Shown piece after piece: positions 38,547-46,366 of a stretch of DNA of 49,318 nucleotides (its first letter is position 1; each line of letters begins with the position of its first letter). The DNA is from a virus. The position numbers were made by a program, and so were the translations under genes. Under the pieces are notes generated by a model. The model saw nothing but the letters and a program-made list of their open reading frames with translations, had not been told where the DNA came from and searched no databases. The stretch spans positions 1-49,318 of the IMG/VR virus record IMGVR_UViG_3300035137_000063, one strand, 5' to 3'.

Positions 38547-38671
38547 GAGACCTCAAGAGGCGGGCACCAGCACACGGACAACCGTTCTGCCTGCAACGAC
38601 AGCCTGGATCCACAGGAGAAGAAGACGGCGCCCTTTCATCTGTCACAGCTTGCCACAAGACAGGTTGCGGC

Positions 38672-39286
38672 TCAAGGTTTTTGAGTCTGAAAGCTGCAGC
38701 ATTGAATAGCAGCCGAAAGCAGCATGTCCTTGCTTTCTGTGTTCCTGTAAGGCAAGTCGTAGTACACGACCCGCACCCCACCGAGGTTGATGATTCGCTT
38801 CGCGCACATCCTGCACGGAAGGTGCGTACAGAATATCACCTTCTCCACGTATCGTGGCGAGTCGCAATTGATTACCGCATTCTCCTCGGCGTGCAGACAC
38901 CCGCAATTGCCCACCTCGTCACTGTCGCAATCGTTAACCAGGCCGGACGCATTGCCGTTGTAGCCCACAGACAGGACCTTGCGGTAGTCCGTGGATGTGA
39001 TCACACAGCCAACTCGCAGACGCCGGCACGTGGATCGCTGGGAGAGCTCGTGCGCCATGCGCATGTAGATCTGCCTGAATGATGGCCGATCCTCCAGGAC
39101 AAGCTTATGGTGCTGTGCTGCCGAATGTGGATGCTTGGCCAACATGTCTTTGTGCCATTCGAGCATGTATTTGTCGGGCTCCCATTTGCTGTGGGCACCG
39201 TTGCAGCCGCCACACTCCTTCTCGAGTCCGCCGTCTGGCCCGTGCTCGCACAGATGACATAGGTGCCACGCTTTCTCCTCACTCAT
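38672..39286 (-). CDS. dCMP deaminase with an N-terminal Cys/His-rich extension
   Basis: CLHAEENA and HLPCRMCAK zinc motifs. ATG 39286 is preceded by GGAGGCAAGG. The N-terminus contains HLCHLCEH...CGGC. Confidence 0.85.
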   Translation of the reverse strand: MSEEKAWHLCHLCEHGPDGGLEKECGGCNGAHSKWEPDKYMLEWHKDMLAKHPHSAAQHHKLVLEDRPSFRQIYMRMAHELSQRSTCRRLRVGCVITSTDYRKVLSVGYNGNASGLVNDCDSDEVGNCGCLHAEENAVINCDSPRYVEKVIFCTHLPCRMCAKRIINLGGVRVVYYDLPYRNTESKDMLLSAAIQCCSFQTQKP

Positions 39287-39543
39287 CTGACCTTGCCTCC
39301 AATCACCGGCCTCGGGTGCTGTGCCCGATGACACCTCAAGCATACCTCGTCCACAAAGTGAGGGCACCTGTAATCCGGATGGTGCCACACGGTCGATCCT
39401 CGCCTACCACAGTACTCGCACCGCCCCCGCTTGCGCAGCGTGCGCGTATGCCAGCGTGCGCGCTCGATCAAGCGCCGATGCGCAGTGCCACTGCGCTTGC
39501 CGTCGTACCGGAGCCAGGACTCAATGCGGGACGCACTTGGCAT
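39283..39543 (-). CDS. HNH-type zinc-finger nuclease-like protein
   Basis: 86 aa from ATG 39543, with CEYCG...VWHHPDY...CLRCHRAQH. Confidence 0.55.
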   Translation of the reverse strand: MPSASRIESWLRYDGKRSGTAHRRLIERARWHTRTLRKRGRCEYCGRRGSTVWHHPDYRCPHFVDEVCLRCHRAQHPRPVIGGKVR

Positions 39544-39551
39544 CAAACACC

Positions 39552-39758
39552 CTACAAGTACAGAACCATAGGACTGTGATTGTGCCGCATGTCGTCCATG
39601 TCCAACCGGCGCTTGTTGAAACATTCCCGGTGCAGATCCCAAACCCGGCCCCCAATCCACTCAGTATAGTGATCATTGAAATCCAAAATATCCTCGCCAC
39701 ACTCGTCGCAGACATCAATCCTTCGTCTGTGTAGACTACCGGCTAAACCCATGCTCAT
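39552..39758 (-). CDS. Small hypothetical protein (68 aa)
   Basis: A GAGAGG-like SD lies upstream. Contains a CDECG...HREC pattern. Confidence 0.45.
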   Translation of the reverse strand: MSMGLAGSLHRRRIDVCDECGEDILDFNDHYTEWIGGRVWDLHRECFNKRRLDMDDMRHNHSPMVLYL

Positions 39759-39786
39759 TGAATCCTCTCAATCTCCTAGCTTTTGC

Positions 39787-40128
39787 TCAAATGGAAAACC
39801 TGAAGGGTTGAAGCCGGTTCGGCTGAACCGGCTTCAACCCTCGACATTTCCGGCACCTACGCCAGCTCAAGTTCTCCGGCATCACATTGCCGGTGTTTGA
39901 TAAGTATGCCCTCTCGGGGTGCCCGGCTCGCCCGGGCCCGCGTTCATCGAATGCCTCGTGCACGTGGATTAAAGCTCCGATTGACGCATCGCCAAGAGTC
40001 GGAGGCGGCCTTGTACACGGAATACTGCTCCATAAATCGGAAATGAGTTGATTGCTCAACTCGAACTGTAACGCGTCCAACCTGGTGCGCCGCAATACAG
40101 CAAGAATGTCTGCAATCAACCCGCCCAT
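39787..40128 (-). CDS. Questionable hypothetical ORF
   Basis: 113-aa ORF whose 3' third is the hairpin itself. The N-terminal two thirds look protein-like. Confidence 0.3.
   Translation of the reverse strand: MGGLIADILAVLRRTRLDALQFELSNQLISDLWSSIPCTRPPPTLGDASIGALIHVHEAFDERGPGRAGHPERAYLSNTGNVMPENLSWRRCRKCRGLKPVQPNRLQPFRFSI
39804..39841 (-). terminator. Strong hairpin with a 17-bp perfect stem and 4-nt loop. It is followed on the - strand by TCAGGTTTTCCATTT and is a likely intrinsic terminator or attenuator.
   Basis: A GGGTTGAAGCCGGTTC ggct GAACCGGCTTCAACCC T, read directly. Confidence 0.55.
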
Positions 40129-40166
40129 GTGTCAATTGTTGCCACAAAACGGGAGCCGGCGCAAGC

Positions 40167-40586
40167 CTATGTGATTGGTACACGCTCCTCGACGACAACC
40201 GGCATGTCCATCATCTCGGCATGCGTGACGATCAAGCGCATCGTGATGTGCGTATCTGTGGATTCGGATTTGCCCCAATCGAGCTGCACGAGGCCGGTGC
40301 TGGCTCGGAGCTCGAGCCCCTCCGGCATCAGCCTCCCATTGGCCGACGCTTGAATCTGGAGCTTGCGTGTGGCTTCGGAGATGAGCCGTGTGCAGACACG
40401 CGCGTAAGGTGCCAAGAGCTCGTCCAAAAACACACGCGTTTTCTGAAACGCCTCCATCTTGTTTCTGGCCCTGAGCCGCTCAGGTCTCAGGCCGTGCAGC
40501 TTATCGTGGAACTTGCCATTCTGAGTCAAAAGGCTCAGCATCGCCTCGCCCCACGCCATCGGTTCATCTCGCATTACGATCTCCAA
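40167..40586 (-). CDS. Hypothetical protein
   Basis: 139-aa ORF with an alternative ATG at 40574. No motif recognised. Confidence 0.5.
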   Translation of the reverse strand: MEIVMRDEPMAWGEAMLSLLTQNGKFHDKLHGLRPERLRARNKMEAFQKTRVFLDELLAPYARVCTRLISEATRKLQIQASANGRLMPEGLELRASTGLVQLDWGKSESTDTHITMRLIVTHAEMMDMPVVVEERVPIT

Positions 40587-40944
40587 TCCTCAATCGGACG
40601 CCCTGCTCAAGCAGATTCAACACGCAATGTAGCACATCGCGCACGACCTTGGCACTCGTCAAAGGCCGCCGCGGCTTGTCCCGCAACCGGTACGTCAACG
40701 AGCTCGACAGACACAACACCTGCAGCCGGTTGACGACGGCACGGCCCACGTACACGCTCACGTTGACGGAGCAGCACGTGTCCTCATCAACAGGCGCATA
40801 CTCACCCTGCTCGAGCAGCTGGATGGCTTCATGGACAACCACACGCAGCAGATCCGATCTGGACTCCAGGTACATGCGCCGGACAGCCCTGTCCAGCCTC
40901 TGGATCGTGTCGACCTCCAGGTACAAATTGAGCCTTGTGTCCAT
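40564..40944 (-). CDS. Single-chain tandem ribbon-helix-helix (RHH) DNA-binding protein. It is the first gene of the - strand block.
   Basis: There are two RHH units: RLNLYLEVDTIQRLDRAV...VVVHEAIQLLEQG and SVNVSVYVGRAVVNRLQVL...VVRDVLHCVLNLLEQG. Confidence 0.6.
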   Translation of the reverse strand: MDTRLNLYLEVDTIQRLDRAVRRMYLESRSDLLRVVVHEAIQLLEQGEYAPVDEDTCCSVNVSVYVGRAVVNRLQVLCLSSSLTYRLRDKPRRPLTSAKVVRDVLHCVLNLLEQGVRLRIGDRNAR

Positions 40945-40977
40945 CCAGGCAAGATGACATACCTACATCGAAGTGTC

Positions 40978-41053
40978 AAGTGCCTATACAAACCGCTATT
41001 CCGTAACCCGGATCCAGCGTAAGTGCTTGTACAAACCACTATTCCGCAACCGG
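40978..41053. repeat. Two ~33-bp direct repeats, start to start 43 bp apart, upstream of the RHH gene (operator/iteron candidates)
   Basis: AAGTGCCTATACAAACCGCTATTCCGTAACCCGG (40978-41011) versus AAGTGCTTGTACAAACCACTATTCCGCAACCGG (41021-41053). About 29 of 34 positions match. Confidence 0.8.
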
Positions 41054-41100
41054 CGCTTTATATGAGCAAACGAGCCATATACACACTACACAGCACACTT

Positions 41101-41212
41101 CAATTTTATAACTTCTATTATATATATATATATATGAACTGTACTATTATATACTACCTTATATATTTATATTTTTATTATAATCCATATAATAATAATA
41201 GTGTATATGTGT
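41101..41212. promoter_or_regulatory. AT-rich island including a (TA)8 run, between the divergent blocks. It probably holds divergent promoters and/or a DNA-unwinding element.
   Basis: Composition contrasts sharply with the flanks. The (TA) run lies at 41119-41135. Confidence 0.5.
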
Positions 41213-41228
41213 TAGAGGCGTGAAACTT

Positions 41229-41258
41229 TTGACAAAAATCAATACATCATAAAAGTAT
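41229..41258 (+). promoter_or_regulatory. Candidate rightward promoter (TTGACA followed by an imperfect -10, TAAAAG or AAGTAT)
   Basis: The -35 hexamer is perfect, but the spacer would be 15 or 18 bp and the -10 element is weak. Confidence 0.3.
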
Positions 41259-41431
41259 CAATCCGTATCTGCGACTACTTGCGTATGCGTGCTGATACAC
41301 AACAGCGCCGCGCCGACTTCCACTTACAATCACATGTACAAAATGTGCGCTCTGGTAGGATGTGGTTGTTTTATCTTGTCGTGCTGTCTTTGCTTTGACT
41401 TCGGTCCTGCTTGTGTGGCACATTTCGGACA

Positions 41432-43930
41432 ATGGGTCCTGGGCAGATGCAATCATTAGAGAACGGCACCGGGCAAAACCCCGCCGTGCCGGGCGCGGCA
41501 TGCGCCGGACCCATCGCATGCCGCGCCACCCATCAAGATGTCGTGGTGTCTCTGTTTGACACCGCGTACGACACGACGCCGAAACCTCTCTCGGTGCCGT
41601 GGCAGGTGCTCCGGGGTGAGCTCTCCAAACTGCGCATCTGCCCGGGCGGGCAGAAGGACAGGCAGCGACGGATCTCCCCCGTCGAGTACTTGCCGGGCGC
41701 GGCGCGATCCTCCCACCAGGTGCGCCGCGCCACTTTCTTTATGGCAGACTTCGACAGTCTGTCTCCCGATCGAATGCAACGCGTGCTGTCGCTGGTGGAG
41801 GGACTCGAATGTTGCATGCACACGACCTGGTCTCATCCGGAGCGCCACGAGGCCGACGGATCATGGTCGTTTCGCCTGGCTATGCCGCTGTCCAGGCCGG
41901 TGGAGGCGTATGGGTGGCCTGGTTTCTGGGGACGCCTGCAGGTGCTGTTTGAGGGACTGCTTGATCCCCAGTGCCGCGATCTGGCCCGCATGTACATTTT
42001 ACCATGCAGCCCGCGCAGCGATCGGCATTTTTTGTCGCATCAGGAGGGGCAGCCCCTCGATGTCGATGCCATCCTGTCCATGCCCGAGCCTCCACGCGAG
42101 GTGATCGGCGCCGGCACCAGGAAAATCACCCGAGGTGATCTGTCGCAGCTCGCCGCATCGCTCGCCCGCAGCCAGCAGGACGGGGCCAAGGATGTTGCCG
42201 GCATCCTACGGGCGATTGTCAAGGGAGCCTCGTTCGCCGAGCCAGGCAACCGGGACATGGCGATGTTCATGGCCGCTTCGAGGATTGCGGCGAGGTGGCC
42301 CGATGCCGATGCCGCGTCGGTGGCGGGCCTTGTCCGACCATCGCTTGCGGTAATGGCGAGGGAGGCGCCGGACTGCCCCGGGCCTGAGGTATTTGAGGAC
42401 AAGGTGCGGCGCGCATGCGCGCGCGTGGCGGAGGATCAAGCGCGCATGCAGGCCGCCCGGCAGGCGGCGCTCGTCCATGACATCAGGGAGGCCTTTGGGG
42501 GATTGCGATCAGAACCTTACAGCAAAGAGGAGCTTGAGGGGTTTGCCGCTGACATGGGATGCACGGTGGACGATTTGCGCAACCGGTGGATAGTGCAACT
42601 CGAAAACCGTTACTATATCTTTAAAGACGGATCATACATGCCGACCGTCTGCGACTCGATGCTGCCGCCGGCGGCTGCCCGGGATCTGGCGCCGGCGTCA
42701 TCCGCCGGTGTCGGGACATGGGTGATCGACAAAGAGGGTAGGGCCAGACACAAACGGCGATCGGAGCTCATGGAGGATTACGGGACGGTTGCGAGACACT
42801 TGCGGATAGATCTCTGCGCCAGCAAGACGCGCTTCGATCCGACTGGCGATCTGATTGTTGAGGCTCCCTGTCCACCGCGCAAGTTGGAGCCGCGCTATGA
42901 TCCCGATGTGGCCAGGTGGTTAGAGGCTCTGGGGGGCCCGCAGCACGAGAAGCTTTTGGATTGGGTGGCGGTGGTTACTTTGCTGGATCAGCCGGCTGCC
43001 ATCTTGTATCTCGACGGGCCCAAGGACGTGGGCAAGGGGCTGCTGGCCAGGGGCCTGTCGCGTCTTTGGATAGAGGGCGGTCCCACAGACATGGCGCATC
43101 TGTGCAAGGGTTGGAATGACGCGCTGTTGCGGTGCCCCTTGATATTCGCCGATGAGGAGCTCCCGGAGCGCAACTTGAAGAAGGCCAGCACTCCGTGGCT
43201 CAGATCGCTGGTGCAAGAGAGGGACAGGATCTTGTCACGCAAGTATGCGCATCACGACACCGTGGTGCACGGGTGCATGCGACTCATGATGGCGGCTAAC
43301 AACCGGCACCTGCTGGACGCGTATGAAAATCTGACCAGCGAGGACATCGATGCGGTGGTGGATCGGTTTTTGTACATTCACACGGACGCCAGCGCGGCCG
43401 CGGTGCTCGAGTCCGTCGGTCCGCAGGGGCGTCATGCGATGGTTGAGGGCGATGCGATAGCCAGGCATGCGCTGTGGTTGCGCGACAACCGGCCTGTGGA
43501 CAGGAGCAGAAGGTTTTTGGCGGCCGGTGTGGACAGCGCGTTTCATCGCGGGTTGGCGATAGGGCAGGGGCTGCCGTCGGCCGTGTGCAATTGGTGCTGT
43601 GCGTACCTGTTGGATCCCATGCGTATGGATGCCACGAGGCAGGGAGGAGTACGCATAGAAAAAGGACGGCTGTTGATCACGTCAAAGGCTTTGCTCGAGT
43701 GCTGGGACATGTACACGACCCACGAGAAGCCCCCGAGCCTGCGCAGGTTGGGCATGGCTGTAGTCTCATTGAGTAGTGGAGATCGGCACTACAGGAGAAC
43801 TGCGGACGGGAGGGGCGTGCAGTATAGGGAGATTGACGGCGACAAGCTTCTGCAATGGGCTTTGGACACAGGTTACTGTACCGAAGAAGATCTAATCCTG
43901 GCATTGTGCCGGGATACGAAGGAGGTGTGA
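41432..43930 (+). CDS. Primase-helicase fusion: AEP (primase-polymerase)-like N-terminal domain plus SF3/D5-type P-loop helicase
   Basis: FFMADFD (DxD) and MHTTWSH (sxH) in the N-terminal domain. Walker A LDGPKDVGKG and Walker B PLIFADEE. ATG 41432 is in frame with the ORF-track GTG at 41411. Confidence 0.8.
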   Translation: MGPGQMQSLENGTGQNPAVPGAACAGPIACRATHQDVVVSLFDTAYDTTPKPLSVPWQVLRGELSKLRICPGGQKDRQRRISPVEYLPGAARSSHQVRRATFFMADFDSLSPDRMQRVLSLVEGLECCMHTTWSHPERHEADGSWSFRLAMPLSRPVEAYGWPGFWGRLQVLFEGLLDPQCRDLARMYILPCSPRSDRHFLSHQEGQPLDVDAILSMPEPPREVIGAGTRKITRGDLSQLAASLARSQQDGAKDVAGILRAIVKGASFAEPGNRDMAMFMAASRIAARWPDADAASVAGLVRPSLAVMAREAPDCPGPEVFEDKVRRACARVAEDQARMQAARQAALVHDIREAFGGLRSEPYSKEELEGFAADMGCTVDDLRNRWIVQLENRYYIFKDGSYMPTVCDSMLPPAAARDLAPASSAGVGTWVIDKEGRARHKRRSELMEDYGTVARHLRIDLCASKTRFDPTGDLIVEAPCPPRKLEPRYDPDVARWLEALGGPQHEKLLDWVAVVTLLDQPAAILYLDGPKDVGKGLLARGLSRLWIEGGPTDMAHLCKGWNDALLRCPLIFADEELPERNLKKASTPWLRSLVQERDRILSRKYAHHDTVVHGCMRLMMAANNRHLLDAYENLTSEDIDAVVDRFLYIHTDASAAAVLESVGPQGRHAMVEGDAIARHALWLRDNRPVDRSRRFLAAGVDSAFHRGLAIGQGLPSAVCNWCCAYLLDPMRMDATRQGGVRIEKGRLLITSKALLECWDMYTTHEKPPSLRRLGMAVVSLSSGDRHYRRTADGRGVQYREIDGDKLLQWALDTGYCTEEDLILALCRDTKEV

Positions 43931-43931
43931 T

Positions 43932-44237
43932 ATGTGTTTGTTGACACAAAAGGTGTGCGATGCGCTGAACGAGGGTTTGAGAGCCGATCAGGAATCCCTT
44001 CAATGGATCATGGATCGGCGCAAGCTGCTCAAGCGGATCTTTGCCAAGGTTAAGGCTCCGTTCGTGTGCGGGATTGCCGGCAGCAGGGCCTTGACGCTGG
44101 GGCCATTGGGTCTGATCAACATGGTGCTTATACAGTCGGGGTGCATCTGCAGGATAGCCGCCTATTACGAGCACGGCAAGCTGACGGGTTTTAGCGCAGA
44201 GAGGTACCCGGGCGCGACTTGCAAGGACCGTCTGTGA
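43932..44237 (+). CDS. Hypothetical protein (101 aa)
   Basis: ATG lies 2 nt after the primase-helicase stop. Confidence 0.5.
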   Translation: MCLLTQKVCDALNEGLRADQESLQWIMDRRKLLKRIFAKVKAPFVCGIAGSRALTLGPLGLINMVLIQSGCICRIAAYYEHGKLTGFSAERYPGATCKDRL

Positions 44238-44446
44238 TCGCCATCCGGCTGACAAGCCCGGACAGGATCCTGATCCTGTTTAGATGCCCGCAGTGCGGCA
44301 CCGATGGCGATTACGCAGACAACCTGGAGCCGTTCCACAACAAGATAAAGATCAACTGCGACGTGTGCGGGCTCTCATGGGCTTACAGGTTGGATCAGAA
44401 GGCACTGCATGCCACATACGCATGCGTCGTTCGGTATGCAGCATAA
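44234..44446 (+). CDS. Small zinc-ribbon protein, paralogue family member 1
   Basis: GTGA overlap start. Pattern FRCPQC...INCDVCGLSWAYRL. Confidence 0.5.
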   Translation: MIAIRLTSPDRILILFRCPQCGTDGDYADNLEPFHNKIKINCDVCGLSWAYRLDQKALHATYACVVRYAA

Positions 44447-44450
44447 AGGC

Positions 44451-44478
44451 TTGCATCTGACAAACATTGTCGTATACT
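44451..44478 (+). promoter_or_regulatory. Sigma70-type promoter: TTGCAT, 16-bp spacer, TATACT
   Basis: Intergenic. Followed by AGGAGG and ATG 44501. Confidence 0.45.
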
Positions 44479-44500
44479 GTCCGGTGTACAGGAGGACGGC

Positions 44501-45016
44501 ATGATCCACGAGACGGCACGAGTACACCCATCCGCCGATATAGACGCCTGGGCCAGCGTGGGCGCCGATGCCCGCGTGGGCGCCTGGGCCCGCGTGGGCG
44601 CCTGGGCCCGCGTGGGCGCCTTCGCCCGCGTGGGCGCCGATGCCCGCGTGGGCGCCGATGCCCACGTAGGCCCCGGGGCCCACGTAGGCCCCGGGGCCCA
44701 CGTAGGCCCCGATGCCCACGTAGGCCCCGGGGCCCGCGTAGGCCCCGGGGCCCACGTAGGCCCCGATGCCCACGTAGGCCCCGGGGCCTACGTAGGCCCC
44801 GGGGCCTACGTGGGCGCCGGGAGATCCGTGCTGGTGATCCACGGTTACGAATACACAGTGACCATCTGCGACGATCTCGTGTCCGTAGGGTGTAAAACAG
44901 CCTCATTGGAGAAATGGAAAGAGGGCTGGGCACCGGAATCGGCCCCGCGGCTGGAGAGGGATAGGGATCTGCTGGTGGCTCTAGCGGAGGCGCACCAAGC
45001 CGGAGCGGCAAAATGA
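44501..45016 (+). CDS. Hexapeptide-repeat (left-handed beta-helix type) protein with a small C-terminal domain
   Basis: About 17 consecutive xAxVGx hexads (ARVGAW, AHVGPG and similar) follow IHETARVHPSADID. AGGAGG lies 5 nt upstream. Confidence 0.7.
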   Translation: MIHETARVHPSADIDAWASVGADARVGAWARVGAWARVGAFARVGADARVGADAHVGPGAHVGPGAHVGPDAHVGPGARVGPGAHVGPDAHVGPGAYVGPGAYVGAGRSVLVIHGYEYTVTICDDLVSVGCKTASLEKWKEGWAPESAPRLERDRDLLVALAEAHQAGAAK

Positions 45017-45831
45017 AGGGCACCGGAGATCAGACAAAGGGTTTGTGCGGTACATGCGCTCATTGGGTGCCGACCCTAAAAAGCGATCGTCGGTTTTGCA
45101 AGAGAATCTTTTACAGATCGTTTGTGACCCGTGATCATACCGGACTAATCACCGGTTGCGACGATTACAAAAAAGCAAAGCAGTGCGACGTGATGGGCGA
45201 GGTCCTGGAAGGTGTACGTTCGCTGTGTCATGAATGCCAGCGGTTTGCCGGTGGGGAGTGTACGCACGGCTGGAAACCCAATATCTACAGAACAACGTCT
45301 ACTGGAGGCTATTGGGAGTGTACTGGAGTAGTGCCTCTGTACCGGAAACCGAAACCTCCGCAATTTAAGGAGCCTTCCGAACCGAAAGCCACCCGAATGC
45401 AAGAGATGCTTGAGGAGCTACGGGAATGGCTCGATGCAAGATCGAAGCGGTTAGGTTTTGTGTGCGATCAGATATCCGACTCGGAACCTGCCGAGGCCGA
45501 TCCGCCAAGACAAGAATCTTCCAAACCTGCGGGTATCGGTGACGAGCAAGGCTTGTATTCTCTGGATGCGATAAAACTAGCCCATGGTAATACCGAAATA
45601 ACCGGGTTTCTCAAATACAATTGCGCTTGGGATTCGGAGGGCAGGACAACCTGCGGCCACGTGGCCAAGCTCGAATCGAGACTATCCAAGGCCAAGCGGT
45701 TATTGCATCGGCTGCTTGCAAAAGATCTCTGTCACCGTAAAAGCCTCTATCTGGGAGGTTGTCGCCCGGATTGTCCGGCTTGCGCGGTGCAAAAGTTCTT
45801 GGAGAATGACGATGACAAAAAAGAGAGATGA
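45013..45831 (+). CDS. Cys-rich hypothetical protein
   Basis: 272 aa. Two CxxC...C...C modules (LCGTCAHW...C...GC and LCHECQRF...C...C). ATGA overlap start. Confidence 0.55.
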   Translation: MKGTGDQTKGLCGTCAHWVPTLKSDRRFCKRIFYRSFVTRDHTGLITGCDDYKKAKQCDVMGEVLEGVRSLCHECQRFAGGECTHGWKPNIYRTTSTGGYWECTGVVPLYRKPKPPQFKEPSEPKATRMQEMLEELREWLDARSKRLGFVCDQISDSEPAEADPPRQESSKPAGIGDEQGLYSLDAIKLAHGNTEITGFLKYNCAWDSEGRTTCGHVAKLESRLSKAKRLLHRLLAKDLCHRKSLYLGGCRPDCPACAVQKFLENDDDKKER

Positions 45832-46366
45832 TCTGCTGTTGTGGATTGACATCGAGACGACCGGTCTGGATCCGTATGGTGACGCGATGCTCGAGATTGC
45901 CGCAATGGTGACCGACAGGGATCTCAAAATCGTGGCGCCGCTGCGCAACCATGTGCTGCACCATTGCACGGACAGCCTGGAGATGTCCGATTATGTGTGG
46001 AAGACACATTCGGTGTCCGGTCTGTTGGACGAGGTGTACAGATCGGACATAGACTCCGTCAGGTGGCGCTGGGATGTGGAGGACGCGCTGTGTCTGTGGT
46101 TGTCGGCCATTGCCGAGCCTGGCACGTTAACGCCCGCGGGCAACTCCGTCAATTTCGATGTAGGGTTTTTGCGCGTGCACATGCCGCGTCTCTACGGCAT
46201 GCTCCACTATAGGCAGCTCAACGTGTCGTCGATTGCTTTGTGCGCCGGATGGTGGTTTGGTGATCTGTTCGAGAAGCAAAAGGCTCACCGGGCCGCTTCC
46301 GATTTGTTGGAGAGCTACGGCGAGCTCTGTTGGCTGCGCGATCATATGGATTGGCGGATTGGCTGA
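45806..46366 (+). CDS. Oligoribonuclease (Orn)-like DEDDh 3'-5' exonuclease
   Basis: LLWIDIETTGLDP (DxE), LEIAAMVTD, GNSVNFDVGFL, HYRQLNVSS and AHRAASDLLES. The start is ATG 45806 or 45812. Confidence 0.8.
   Translation: MTMTKKRDDLLLWIDIETTGLDPYGDAMLEIAAMVTDRDLKIVAPLRNHVLHHCTDSLEMSDYVWKTHSVSGLLDEVYRSDIDSVRWRWDVEDALCLWLSAIAEPGTLTPAGNSVNFDVGFLRVHMPRLYGMLHYRQLNVSSIALCAGWWFGDLFEKQKAHRAASDLLESYGELCWLRDHMDWRIG

Noticed and set aside
39944-40198. 84-aa - strand ORF overlapping 39787-40128 and 40167-40586
   Set aside because: It competes with two other ORFs, and its translation is R/S/H/C-rich without features.
41247-41519. 90-aa - strand ORF in the divergent control region
   Set aside because: It overlaps the start of the primase-helicase gene, has no SD sequence, and its translation is unremarkable. 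The region is better explained as a 5' leader or regulatory DNA.
44352-45023. Long ORFs in other frames and on the other strand across the hexapeptide array (223 aa and 155 aa on -, 142 aa on +)
   Set aside because: They are open because of the 18-bp periodicity, and their translations are RGPRGL or GAYVGP monotony. Only the + frame at 44501 has a promoter, a strong SD sequence, an N-terminal cap and a non-repetitive C-terminal domain.
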